From Eledone cirrhosa (lineage: Eukaryota): a stretch of 64,000 nucleotides of DNA. Both the position numbers and the translations under genes were made by a program. Position 1 is the first letter of the stretch, and each line of letters opens with the position of its first letter. Below the pieces are notes generated by a model, which searched no databases, was not told the DNA's origin, and was given only the letters and a program-made list of their open reading frames with translations. The stretch spans positions 21,142,001-21,206,000 of the forward strand of contig OZ024763.1 of assembly GCA_964016885.1 (NCBI GenBank). The letters are read 5' to 3'. Below are positions 62,472 to 64,000 of the stretch, piece by piece.

Positions 62472-64000
<1,529 letters not shown>

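Overview
Eukaryotic, AT-rich, extremely repeat-dense non-coding DNA (intergenic or a large intron). It is most likely from an octopod cephalopod, judged from recalled SINE consensus sequences (inference, not a database hit). No intact protein-coding gene is visible and nearly all listed ORFs are microsatellite or SINE artefacts; only two weak exon candidates were found (10006-10118, 47702-47873). The window holds three SINE families, 3' fragments of RTE, CR1, CRE and R4/Dong-like LINEs, pogo/Tigger, mariner and piggyBac-type MITEs, and many mini/microsatellites. The most notable signal is about 16 type-I hammerhead-ribozyme motifs (intact, variant or decayed) from roughly ten unrelated short repeat families. 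They sit in islands inside (TA)n tracts and are often arranged as fold-back palindromes, resembling Penelope-like pseudo-LTR / retrozyme remnants. All folds were worked out by hand and activity is untested.
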